Source: Candidatus Zixiibacteriota bacterium (GTDB lineage: Bacteria; Zixibacteria; MSB-5A5; GN15; FEB-12). From it: a stretch of 49,228 nucleotides of DNA. Shown piece after piece: positions 19,367 through 28,900 of this stretch; the stretch's first letter is position 1, and every line of letters begins with the position of its first letter. The position numbers and the translations under genes are program-made. The notes below the pieces were generated by a model. It ran no database searches. It was not told the DNA's origin and saw nothing but the letters and a program-made list of their open reading frames with translations. The stretch covers positions 1-49,228 of the forward strand of contig JAOUEU010000001.1 in the NCBI GenBank assembly GCA_029858555.1, given 5' to 3'.

Positions 19367-20182
19367 TCAGAACATATCTATGTAAGTAATGCGTATTTCG
19401 CGCGTGATTTTCTCGCCGCGGCGGTTTCCGGAAAGATTCTTGATAAGCGCCTCCAACTCCAGGTTCTCAGTGAAAAGCCACTTTACCGACATGTTGAAGT
19501 AGCCTCGCCCTTTGCCGGCGAAAATGTAATCCGTGCCGTCGGGGAGTCTCGACTTGTCGTCGTTTAAAGCCACGTCATACTCCATCAGCAGGGCCAGATT
19601 GTATCGGAAAGTGGCGTCGAACCCGACGAAAAAATCCATATCCTTGTCCTTGTCGATATCGTTTTCCAGCGAATAGCTGGCGCCGCCGTGCCATCCTGCC
19701 GTCCACTGGTAGAAGTAGAAGCTGCGGCTGGCGACAACGTAAAACCCGCGCGACTTGAAGGTATACCGATCAAAATCTTCATTCCAGGCGCCGTATCCCT
19801 GTGAAGAGAACCCGGCCGTAACGGCCGGGAAGTACTCCATCTCGTCGATTACGCGAAACTTGATATTGAACTCAATGCGCTTATTCCAGTTCGGGTCCCG
19901 GTTGGATATGATATTGTCGCCGCCATACGATATGCCCAGCATCAGTCGGTTGGAGAGCCCGATATTGGTGTAGCCGATACTGCCGCCGTTGGGATACAGG
20001 CGCAGGCCGATGTCAAAATGAGCGCGGGGGAGGGTCCCTGCTGTGGGCATGTCGACCAGTTGCCGCGGGGGTACGTCAAACAGGCTGCCACTGGTTGCCA
20101 CAAGCTCCTCCTGCGCCGTTGCAAATCGGCCCAGGAAACCCGCCAATCCCACAATCAATATGTTGCGTAACGTCCTTGTCAT
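19367..20182 (-). CDS. Uncharacterised secreted protein, probable outer-membrane beta-barrel
   Basis: Signal peptide MTRTLRNILIVGLAGFLGRFATAQ. The sequence alternates aromatic/hydrophilic residues and is Gly/Tyr-rich, and it ends in ...ITYIDMF (terminal Phe typical of OMPs). A strong SD (GAGGAGGA) precedes the ATG. I do not recognise a family. Confidence 0.5.
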   Translation of the reverse strand: MTRTLRNILIVGLAGFLGRFATAQEELVATSGSLFDVPPRQLVDMPTAGTLPRAHFDIGLRLYPNGGSIGYTNIGLSNRLMLGISYGGDNIISNRDPNWNKRIEFNIKFRVIDEMEYFPAVTAGFSSQGYGAWNEDFDRYTFKSRGFYVVASRSFYFYQWTAGWHGGASYSLENDIDKDKDMDFFVGFDATFRYNLALLMEYDVALNDDKSRLPDGTDYIFAGKGRGYFNMSVKWLFTENLELEALIKNLSGNRRGEKITREIRITYIDMF

Positions 20183-20314
20183 CGTCTATATCCTCCTCGT
20201 CCCTCTATCACACGAACGTACTAAGGGCATGATAGGCCAGCTTCGTCTTTCAAGTCAAAATAAAAAAGTGGTGTGACCGTGCTTATTTGGAAGCGCCGAA
20301 AAGCGGCCGGGCCA

Positions 20315-21163
20315 TCAATCCGGCCTGACGAGGGCAATAAACCTCTGAGCCAGTCGTTCGCCGACAGGACCGAGTTTGATGTCCCAGGTGCGGCGCGATG
20401 TCCTTATGCGCGACACGGGCGCGACAAGTTTCAGTGAACTGGAAATGAACACCTCGTCGGCCCTGACCAGATCATCGAGGCGCGCGTTCTTTTCGGTCAG
20501 TCGATATCCCAGCTTCTGCGCCTGACGGATCACAATTTTGCGCGTGATACCCTCGAGGCAACCGGCGCTGAGAGGAGGCGTATGTATATGGCCTTTATTC
20601 ACCCAGAAGACGTTGGCCGAGGTGACTTCAGCTATCTGGTCATTTTCATTCAAGAGCAAAGCATCGTCACAGCGCATCCGCCGGGCCTGGTTCAGGGCGG
20701 CGGCATGGATAGCATAGGAGAGAGTCTTGATTCGCCGGAAAAGCGAGTCCTGGTCGACCCTGAATTCCGAGACGTACAACCGAAAGGGCTTCCGGGGCAT
20801 TTGATGCGGAGAAGCACTGAGAATGACCTGCGGTTTACCCTTCACGCCCGTCCAGCGAGCTGATTCACCGCTGGTCATGGTTAGCCGGAGCTTGGTGATA
20901 CGGTCAGGGTGAGCCCTGACCGTCATAACCATCCATTTCGTCAACATGTCGGAACTGACCGGAATCTTAAGTCCTATCACTCTGGCGCCCCTCTGCAGGC
21001 GCTGGAGATGCTCCTTGAGGAAAATAATCCGATCGTCAATCGCCAAAAAGGTCTCGAAAAGCCCCTCCGCATACAGAAGGGAATTGTCGAACACCGATAT
21101 TCTGTCCTGGCCGCGCCGCACGAGGCGACCGTTTATTGATGTGACTGTCTTGACCGGCGGCAT
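20315..21163 (-). CDS. Class IV (fold-type IV) PLP aminotransferase (branched-chain/D-amino-acid aminotransferase or ADC-lyase-like)
   Basis: Motifs FDNSLLYAEGLFETF, IKTLSY (candidate PLP lysine), SANVFWV, CLEGITR and EVFISSS. The ATG at 21163 (MPPVKT...) gives the usual ~282 aa. The 365-aa ORF to 21412 would overlap the divergent gene. Confidence 0.75.
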   Translation of the reverse strand: MPPVKTVTSINGRLVRRGQDRISVFDNSLLYAEGLFETFLAIDDRIIFLKEHLQRLQRGARVIGLKIPVSSDMLTKWMVMTVRAHPDRITKLRLTMTSGESARWTGVKGKPQVILSASPHQMPRKPFRLYVSEFRVDQDSLFRRIKTLSYAIHAAALNQARRMRCDDALLLNENDQIAEVTSANVFWVNKGHIHTPPLSAGCLEGITRKIVIRQAQKLGYRLTEKNARLDDLVRADEVFISSSLKLVAPVSRIRTSRRTWDIKLGPVGERLAQRFIALVRPD

Positions 21164-21311
21164 CTCGCTTTCCCCGTTAACTCCCCCGCAGAGGATTTCC
21201 TTTGGTGATATTGTCCTGTCTAAGTGTGCCTCTGCAAAGTTATGGTGAATACTGGCAATGTCAAGTCTTGTGGGAATTGACTTTTTGCCGTCAGCGAGTT
21301 TATTGAACGGA

Positions 21312-22529
21312 ATGGATGCCGTTAAGCTTCTGGTCGTCTTCCTGGCCATCGTCCTCGCCTTGCGCAAGAGAGTGTCCGTCGGTCTGACATTACTGGCTGC
21401 GGGGCTGCTCACACTCCTCCTTTTTCAGACTGCGCTCGACAAGAGTCTGACCGGGTATCTGGACCTGGTTAGATCAACGCGTTTTGTCTCTCTGACGGCC
21501 GTGGTGGTTCTGATAACCGTGCTGGGCTCGCTGCTGAAAGAACTCAAGTACCTGGGCAGGCTGGCCCATTCCTGCAAAAGCCTGTATGGTGGGGACCGCA
21601 CCGCCGTGGCCGCTCTCCCGGGACTGGTGGGATTGATGCCCATGCCCGGCGGGTCGCTTCTGTCAGCCCCTCTGGTTGACAACGTGCTGGCGGCGGGAAA
21701 GTACACGCCCGAATTCAGGGTCGTCAGCAACTACTGGTTTCGCCACCATGTCGAGTTCTTCTGGCCCGTTTATCCCGGACTAATCCTGACGGAGGCCACT
21801 ACCGGCATGCCGATCGGCTCCGTCTCACTCATGCAACTGCCGCTGGCGGTGGCAATGTTTCTGATTGGTTTGATATTCTTTGTCAGACGTATCGACACCT
21901 CCCAGAACCAGCCCCGCAGTCTCCTCTCGGCTGCAGCAGGCATAGCCCGGACCATTTGGCCTATCGTACTGGCGATTGTTATCTACGGCATTCTCAAAGT
22001 CGACCTCTCCCTGGCGGTCTTGCTCTCGCTGGTGCTGCTCGTCATGGTCGCTCGTCCCCGGGGACGCATCCTGCTGCGGGCGCTGAAGGACGGCTTTTCG
22101 CCAAAACTGATTCTGCTGGTCCTTGGCGTTCTCTCTTTTCAAACAGCCCTTGAGCTATCGGGGGCTATAGCAGCGGTCACCCGGCTGACAACTTCGGCTG
22201 GGCTGCCGCCGGAGGCAGTCATTTTTGCTGTCTGCGCCACTATCGGTCTTTTGACCGGCATGGTTTCCGCCTATGTCGGCCTGGGATATTCGTTACTGGC
22301 GGGACTGTTGTACCAGCCGGAGGTCGCACCTGCGCACATTATGCTGGCATACCTTTCGGGCTACCTGGGCATGATGCTGTCGCCTTCACATCTGTGCCTG
22401 ATCCTGACCAACGAGTTCTTCAAGAGTGACCTGGCCCGTGTCTATCGACTGATGATACCGCCGTTTTTGTTGCTGGCGCTGATAGGATTTCTTATATATC
22501 TGTCGCCATGGCCTGAGCTGTTTCGCTAA
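21312..22529 (+). CDS. Polytopic membrane protein, DUF401-like permease
   Basis: About 12 hydrophobic segments. The N-terminus MDAVKLLVVFLAIVLALRKRVSVGLTLL resembles the DUF401/TIGR00529 family from memory. The family assignment is tentative. I prefer the ATG at 21312 to the start at 21258. Confidence 0.5.
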   Translation: MDAVKLLVVFLAIVLALRKRVSVGLTLLAAGLLTLLLFQTALDKSLTGYLDLVRSTRFVSLTAVVVLITVLGSLLKELKYLGRLAHSCKSLYGGDRTAVAALPGLVGLMPMPGGSLLSAPLVDNVLAAGKYTPEFRVVSNYWFRHHVEFFWPVYPGLILTEATTGMPIGSVSLMQLPLAVAMFLIGLIFFVRRIDTSQNQPRSLLSAAAGIARTIWPIVLAIVIYGILKVDLSLAVLLSLVLLVMVARPRGRILLRALKDGFSPKLILLVLGVLSFQTALELSGAIAAVTRLTTSAGLPPEAVIFAVCATIGLLTGMVSAYVGLGYSLLAGLLYQPEVAPAHIMLAYLSGYLGMMLSPSHLCLILTNEFFKSDLARVYRLMIPPFLLLALIGFLIYLSPWPELFR

Positions 22530-22703
22530 AGGCCCGCCGGTGGGTCCGATGAGTCGAAGTCTCAGGGCAAACGGTCGGCAAACGCAGAAGGCAACTGTGC
22601 TATAGAGGATCAGTGTGGGGAAAGGCCGGAGCCACAGCGCCCCAACGGGAACATAAGACATTGTCCGGCAAGGGCATAACGTTAATGGGGCGTGAAAAAT
22701 CCT

Positions 22704-22731
22704 GGAACTTTCCTGGGTCTTTTGGGTAATA
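22704..22731 (+). promoter_or_regulatory. Candidate ECF-type promoter (-35 GGAACTT) upstream of the ECF sigma gene
   Basis: A perfect GGAACTT (22704-22710) lies 49 nt upstream of the sigma ATG, and 16 nt later there is TAATA (22727-22731). The -10 is not the canonical ECF CGT/TCnAA type, so confidence is low. Confidence 0.25.
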
Positions 22732-22758
22732 GAGTTAGAACTTATTGTAAGGGTGTCT

Positions 22759-23361
22759 ATGGCAAAGCAGACTGAAAAGGACATCGATTACTCTCTGATA
22801 AGAGCCGTTCAGAACGGCGATATGGTGGCTTTCAACGAATTGGTCGACCGCTATAAGGGTCGCCTGATGAACGTGATTGGCCGTATGTTGTCTTCGACCG
22901 AAGAGGCGGAGGATATTGTACAGGAGACCTTTGTCCGCGTCTACCAGCACCGGCAATCGTTCAACTTCGAACATTGCTTTTCCACGTGGATTTATACCAT
23001 AGGTCTCAATCTGGCGCGGAACGAGTTGCGCAAAAGGAAGAAGTTCAAATATTACGAGATATCGGAGATGCAGGGAAACGAGAAGGAGTTCGCGGTCGAG
23101 ATGAAACTGCCTACTCGTTTACCCGAAGTACTGGACACGGCCATCAAGCAGCTTCCGGAAAAGTATCGCACGGCGTTTATGTTGCGGGACGTTCAGGAGA
23201 TGCCGTACGAGGAGGTTGCCAAGATTCTCAGTGTTCCGCTGGGTACGGTCAAATCACGGGTGAACCGTGCCCGGATGATGTTGCGAGACAAGTTACAGCC
23301 GAGAATGGAGGAATATAATGCGTTGTCGAAAAGCACGCTCCTACCTGTCAGCATACTGTAA
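22759..23361 (+). CDS. RNA polymerase ECF (sigma-70 family, group IV) sigma factor
   Basis: Region 2 is FNELVDRYKGRLMNVIGRML...AEDIVQETFVRVY...FSTWIYTIGLNLARNELRK. Region 4 is LPEKYRTAFMLRDVQEMPYEEVAKILSVPLGTVKSRVNRARMMLR. Confidence 0.9.
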   Translation: MAKQTEKDIDYSLIRAVQNGDMVAFNELVDRYKGRLMNVIGRMLSSTEEAEDIVQETFVRVYQHRQSFNFEHCFSTWIYTIGLNLARNELRKRKKFKYYEISEMQGNEKEFAVEMKLPTRLPEVLDTAIKQLPEKYRTAFMLRDVQEMPYEEVAKILSVPLGTVKSRVNRARMMLRDKLQPRMEEYNALSKSTLLPVSIL

Positions 23362-24007
23362 CGACGAGCTTACCGATCGTCGCAGGCTGGCGGTCAACGA
23401 GCATCTTTCGACCTGCTCATCTTGTCGAAAGGAGGAGGCGTTTCAGCGATCGCTTCGTCTGGCCGAGAAGCAGTTGCCCCGGCTGGCGGTATCGAACGAC
23501 TTCAACACCCGGCTTCTCAACCGGATTGCCGCCGAGCGCTTTGCCGAAACGAGAACGAAAGCCTATCTGCCTAAGCGGGCCCCGGTACTGGCCTGGAGCA
23601 AGGTGGTCCCCGCTGCGGCTATGACACTGGTTTTTCTGGTCATGGGAGTAATTACATTCCTGCCCGATAAGAACGGAGATCCGGGCTACATCGCGGCCGG
23701 TGATGCGGCTACTTCAGACAACCGGTACCTGACCGTTCAACCGGTGAACAATCCCAATATGACCATTAACCTTGACAAAGACTGGTCGCTTAATGCTCAG
23801 TTGGCCCGGGCGGAGAGAATTAACCGTATTTCCGACCGAATCACTCCGGCGGGGAGTTTCGGCCTGGCTTCGAATGTCACACAGGTTTCTTCCCGGAGTA
23901 TCCGGCCGCTGCCGTATGTCGACCATTATTTCCAGGTGCGGTCGGTGGTCCGAATTTATAAGTCGACCGAGACATCTTCCGCAGAGGAGGATTTGAAGAC
24001 GTACTAA
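23318..24007 (+). CDS. Anti-sigma factor, zf-HC2 (ZAS) type, single-pass membrane protein
   Basis: N-terminus MRCRKARSYLSAYCNDEL...NEHLSTCSSC carries the H-x3-C-x2-C motif. One TM segment (VVPAAAMTLVFLVMGVITFL). GGAGGAA SD 5 nt before the ATG. Its position immediately after the ECF sigma supports the call. Confidence 0.8.
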   Translation: MRCRKARSYLSAYCNDELTDRRRLAVNEHLSTCSSCRKEEAFQRSLRLAEKQLPRLAVSNDFNTRLLNRIAAERFAETRTKAYLPKRAPVLAWSKVVPAAAMTLVFLVMGVITFLPDKNGDPGYIAAGDAATSDNRYLTVQPVNNPNMTINLDKDWSLNAQLARAERINRISDRITPAGSFGLASNVTQVSSRSIRPLPYVDHYFQVRSVVRIYKSTETSSAEEDLKTY

Positions 24008-24008
24008 A

Positions 24009-25193
24009 ATGTTAAAGACTCGTCTAAAGGCCGCCGCCGGAATCCTGTCGCTTACCTTGGGGGCGGTCTTTTTTTCATCGGCCGCATATCCAAGCGACAG
24101 TTCCCTGTTCAACCTCGAATCGGGCTTGAACGATCTTGTCTATCGGCTCACTCGCTCGGTCGTGACCGTGGAATCCTCACACTCTCTGAGGATCGGCGTT
24201 GCGCAGGGGGCACAGGAGGAATCGGTCCACAACCTCATCTCCTCGGGGATAATCTATGATTCGACCGGTCACGTTCTGGTGGAAGCCTCCTCTCTGCTCG
24301 ACCACGACCGGATAATCGTAAAGTACGGCAACTACATATTGCCGGCGCGACTGGTGGGCATTGACTATCAGACAAATGTTGCCGTCCTGAAGGTCGATCG
24401 ACCTCTGGGGACCGCGGTTAGACTCGCCGATCAGTATGGCTGTGCCGGCCGCATGGTGATAGCGGTCGGTAACGCCTATGGGATGCAGGCCTCTCCGTCG
24501 ATCGGCTTCTGCGCCGGGTTCCGACCTGACGGCACCATCCAGTTCTCAGGACCGATTACGTCGGGGACCATCGGAGGCGGTTTGTTTGACCTGGCGGGCA
24601 ACCTCGTCGGGATTATCACCGGTGGGATCGGCGAGGGCAGAATGGCCGAGGTAGGGCTGGCGGTTCCGGCTTACAAAATACCGGCTATCGTCGAGCACAT
24701 CGTCAACCTGGGCGACCGGCAGGCCGGATACATCGGCATAACCACCGCCGATATTGAGATAGTGCCGGCGGTGGAAATCAGTTCCCCGTTTCGACTGACC
24801 GGCGGCCGCAACGCGAGCCGGACAGTGATCAACAAGGCTTTGCTCGTAACCGCTGTCGTGCCTTCGTCCCCCGCGGACCGGTCCGGGCTGCGCAAAGGCG
24901 ATTTGATTTTCGGCGTGGACGGTCGCGAGTTGGACTCTGCCCGGGACTTGATGAACCTGGTACAGCAAGGTAAACCCGGAACACGGCTGGAGTTGAGCCT
25001 GATTCGGCAAAATGCTCCTTTGTACGCGCAACTGGTTATCGGGCAGAAGCGGCTGACGCCGTCGACCCGCTTCTTGAGAACCCCGGGCGCGTCCGGGAGC
25101 ACTCTGGATATTCCGGACTCCCTTCAACGTGAGATCACGGTCTTGAAGCAGATGATTCAGAATTTGGAAACCCGCCTCGAGAGTCTCAGATAG
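24009..25193 (+). CDS. HtrA/DegP-like (S1C fold) + PDZ periplasmic protein with substituted catalytic triad (predicted non-proteolytic)
   Basis: Signal peptide present. The trypsin-fold blocks align with E. coli DegP: SSGIIYDSTGHVLVEASSL vs GSGVIID..GYVVTNNHVV, TNVAVLKV vs SDIALIQI, and GTIGGGLFDLAGNLVGI vs GNSGGALVNLNGELIGI. The PDZ block is SPADRSGLRKGDLIFGVDGRELDS. His, Asp and Ser of the triad align to Ser, Asn and Ile. Confidence 0.75.
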   Translation: MLKTRLKAAAGILSLTLGAVFFSSAAYPSDSSLFNLESGLNDLVYRLTRSVVTVESSHSLRIGVAQGAQEESVHNLISSGIIYDSTGHVLVEASSLLDHDRIIVKYGNYILPARLVGIDYQTNVAVLKVDRPLGTAVRLADQYGCAGRMVIAVGNAYGMQASPSIGFCAGFRPDGTIQFSGPITSGTIGGGLFDLAGNLVGIITGGIGEGRMAEVGLAVPAYKIPAIVEHIVNLGDRQAGYIGITTADIEIVPAVEISSPFRLTGGRNASRTVINKALLVTAVVPSSPADRSGLRKGDLIFGVDGRELDSARDLMNLVQQGKPGTRLELSLIRQNAPLYAQLVIGQKRLTPSTRFLRTPGASGSTLDIPDSLQREITVLKQMIQNLETRLESLR

Positions 25194-25239
25194 CAACTTT
25201 TAATTTCCCTTGGCCGCCGGTATTTCATAATTTTAGCGT

Positions 25240-25908
25240 ATGAATTTAAGTTTCGACGCGGACAAATTCCGTGAGGCGCTGCGCCGTTTTGGACCCGGGG
25301 AAAACAGCACCACGCGTTCCCTGTCTGTTTATTCGGCGGCCGTGGCCACAGCCGAGGAGGAGTTTCTTGATGCCGCGGTCGAACGCTGTCGCCGATATGC
25401 GGTCAACCGGGAGCAGTTTTACGAGATAATTCTGCAATCGTATTTGTTCCTGGGATTTCCCCGGATGCTGACCGCCGCCAAGCATCTGAACCGTGTTTTC
25501 CCCGGTAAGGATGCAGCCTCCTGCCTCAGGAAAATAAGTCCTGACGAGTCCGAGTGCTGGTTTGAGCATGGGATGCGACTGTGCAAAACCGTCTATGGCG
25601 GTAACTACGAACTGCTGAAAGAGAGAATGGAGTCGATCGCACCCGAGATCTTCCGATGGATGATAATCGAAGGTTACGGAAAAGTTCTGTCGCGTCCCCT
25701 GTTGAGCGCCGTCGATCGGGAATTGGCGGTCGTGGCCTGCCTGATGGTGGAGAACCGACCGAAACAGCTTCACGCCCATATGAGGGGCGCTCTCAACGTC
25801 GGGGCCTCGCTGGCCTTGCTGAGCGCTGTCGTGCATGATATCGGCGGCGCCGCCGGTGAAGGTTTCCGGGCGTCTCTGGCCATACTGGATGAGTTGAGTG
25901 ACGACTGA
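25240..25908 (+). CDS. Carboxymuconolactone decarboxylase (CMD/AhpD-like) family protein
   Basis: DRELAVVACLMVENRPKQLHAHMRGALNVGASLALLSAVVHDIGGAAG resembles the CMD-domain helix pair, and an N-terminal half has YEIILQSYLFLGFPRML. There is no CxxC. Its stop overlaps the tamB ATG by 1 nt. Confidence 0.5.
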   Translation: MNLSFDADKFREALRRFGPGENSTTRSLSVYSAAVATAEEEFLDAAVERCRRYAVNREQFYEIILQSYLFLGFPRMLTAAKHLNRVFPGKDAASCLRKISPDESECWFEHGMRLCKTVYGGNYELLKERMESIAPEIFRWMIIEGYGKVLSRPLLSAVDRELAVVACLMVENRPKQLHAHMRGALNVGASLALLSAVVHDIGGAAGEGFRASLAILDELSDD

Positions 25909-28900
25909 TGCGCCGCCTGAAGAAGATTGTCCTCATTTGCGCCGTTGGTCTTATCGTAATCATAGTGGGACTCTATCTTTATGTCTTTGTTCTGGGAGGC
26001 CTGGAGAGAATTGTCAACAATCAGGTGGCGTCTCTCGTTAGACCCGAGAACAAACTCCAGGTCTCGGTTGGCAATATCAAAGGCAATATCTTTTCCGGAA
26101 TAACCCTGGAGCGAGTGGAGGCCTTTTATGTGGATTCGACGCACCGCTATTGTCTGGCTCGTGTGCCACGACTGGTGGCAGCCTACTCGCTGTCCAACAT
26201 ATGGAATAAGAATTACATCCTGGACTATCTCTATATCGATTCGGCGCATGTCATGCTGGCCAGGGACAGCTCGGGAAACTGGCTGCTGCCCGACTTTTCC
26301 TCGGGCGACTCCTCCGAGCGGCCTCGCTTCATCCCGGCGCTCACCGTCGGCGAGTTGCGGCTGAACAGCGTCAGTCTCAGCCTGGTAGATCCCGCCGATA
26401 CGCTGGCCTTCGATAATGTCACCCTTTCAGCATCCATCAAGACAGAGGATAACACCTATGGCGCCAGTGTAGACCGCTTTGAGTTCACCTCGAACGAAGA
26501 ACATATCGTGCTCGATGCCGCCGAAGGACAGCTCACCTACTCGGACGGTAACGTGGTTTTCCGGGGAGTGACCGTTGTCTCGGCCGATACCCGCGTTAAA
26601 CTTAATGGGAGCGTCAGTCTTGGCCGCGAACCCCGCGGCGATATCGAGTTCGCGGTTGACAACCTGGACCTGGAAGAAATCACCGGTTACATCGGTCCCC
26701 GGCTCCGGGGCGTCCTCGATCTCAACGGCGCGGTCTCCTTTGCCGGCAGGGCTGTAACGGGCAAAGTCGATATGGGCGGCACTTTCATGCTGGCCGATTT
26801 CAGAAACCTGCACGCCGAGTTTCACTTCGCGGAGGCGCTTCTTCATTTGGACACCCTTTATGGATTCATTCTGCGTGATTGCGCTATCGACGGCAGCGGG
26901 GAGATCGATTTCTCCGGACCCACCGAAAATTACCGCCTGAATGCCGACATCAGGAATTTCAACCTGAAGAATCTGGTTCACAACAGCTTTGCCTCCAATC
27001 TCAGCGGTCGGCTTGCTCTGGAGGGGCAATCGTTCCGCACTCACAGCATGGTGCTGAACCTGCATACCGATTTCTTTGAATCCTCGTTCGATGAATACCC
27101 CATCCAGAAGGGCACCGGGGATCTCGTTATTACGGCCGATTCCATGTTTTTCCTAGATGGGTTCACGGTCGATTATTACGAGAATGTTTTCACGGCCTCA
27201 GGCCGGATCGACTATTCGGGCGGTATCGATTTGGACCTCGCCGTACAACTTGATAACCTCGATCGTTACCGGGGCAAGCTGTTCATTGATAAACCGGGCG
27301 GGCGCGGTCACGCCCACGGCCGTCTGAGCGGCTTAACGGCTGATCCCGACCTCAGCGGTTACTTTGAATCGGATTCGGTCTGGATATACGGTTTATACAG
27401 CGACAGTCTGTATGCTACATTCGACCTGGAACGCTTTCTGACAGGGCGGCGCGGGAATGTGGAAGTCTCCTGCTTCACCGGCACGGCATGGGCAATCCCT
27501 TATGACAGCGCCTACACCCGGCTTTCGGTTGACTCCAATCTCATAGGCATCGATACGGTTGCCTTTTGTGCCGAGTATTCCAAAGTATGTGGCCAGGGGA
27601 TCCTTGACGTGGAGGCATATCCCAAGGAACTGCGTCTGGATACTCTGACGGTCACCGTCTTTGACCAGGAGTTCGACAATTACGAAGAGGTTTATATCGA
27701 GATCGATTCGGCCGGTTTTGATTTCAAGCAGGTGACCATCGGGAACAACGGCGCCCGGCTGTCGCTGTTGGGGAAAATTGACTATGATGAATCCATGAAC
27801 GCCAGGGTATCGGTCGACCACGTGCCGGCGGCGCCGTGGATCGGCCTCTTCCGGCCGGAGTGGTCTGTCGACGGTGTTGTTTCCTGCGATGCGAGCCTGA
27901 GAGGTACGTTTCTGCAACCGGAGTTCAATCTGACGGGTTCGGTGGACTCCCTGACATACCGAAATCTGGTTCTGGGTCATGTGGGCACGCATGTCAACTA
28001 CTCCAATCGCCTGCTGACCATCGACAGTTTAAACGTCCGGTCGGACTCGGGTCAGTACCAGGCGAGCGGAGCCCTGTACGTGGACGTGGCTTTTACAACC
28101 GATTCGCTGGAGCGCCTGCCCGATCTCCCCATGAACATACGCATTACCGCCCGCGACCGACGCTTTGACCTGGTCAGTCTGGTGATGCCCTCGGTTGAAC
28201 AGCTCGACGGTGATTTCGTGGCCGATGTCACTCTTACCGGGACGCCGTTTGAGCCGCACCTGGAAGGGGGAGCCCACATCAAGAACGCCCGCCTGAAATA
28301 TTTTGACCTGGAGCAACTGCTCTACTCGGATTCCGCGGCGGTATCGATGGAAAACAACAGGATTGTCGTCGAGGAGATTGAAATACACACTGAGAATAGA
28401 AAGGCCTTTGCCTATGTCGAAGGGGAGATTGTCGTCAAGACCTTTGACAGTCTCTATTATGATCTGGACGTGAATCTGCCCAAGGAATTCCCTTTTGCCT
28501 ACGAACTTGATGACATCAAAGGGGTAGTGGAGGGGGAGGTCCATATCGAGGGCGATACGCCGCCTCTGGTGACCGGCGATCTGACGCTGGTCTCGGCGAG
28601 GTACGAAGTGAATTTCGCGGAGGCCGATGAAGGCTCGCCGGTTATGGCTGCCCTGTCGGGTGAGAACACCTGGGATCTTAATATTATAATCGATATACTG
28701 TCCAACTATTGGATAAAAAACGATGACATCGATGCCGAACTGTCTGGTCAGGTGAACCTGATTCGAGAGGATGGACAATACCGTTTTATCGGTGAGATGG
28801 AAATACTTCGCGGCACGGGCTTTCTGTTCGATAAAACCTTTCGGCTGGAGCCGGGCAGTCAGGTTATTTTCGAAGGCAACGAGACGCTCAATCCCCGGCT

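Noticed and set aside
21164-21412. 83-codon N-terminal extension of the class IV aminotransferase ORF
   Set aside because: The extension has no similarity to the family and would overlap the divergent membrane-protein gene. The internal ATG at 21163 gives the canonical ~282 aa.
22386-22784. 132-aa minus-strand ORF spanning the DUF401-like gene end and the intergenic region upstream of the ECF sigma gene
   Set aside because: It has no recognisable motifs, overlaps two plus-strand genes, and covers the candidate promoter region. It is most likely spurious. A small RNA in this 222-nt spacer cannot be excluded, but I see no convincing structure.
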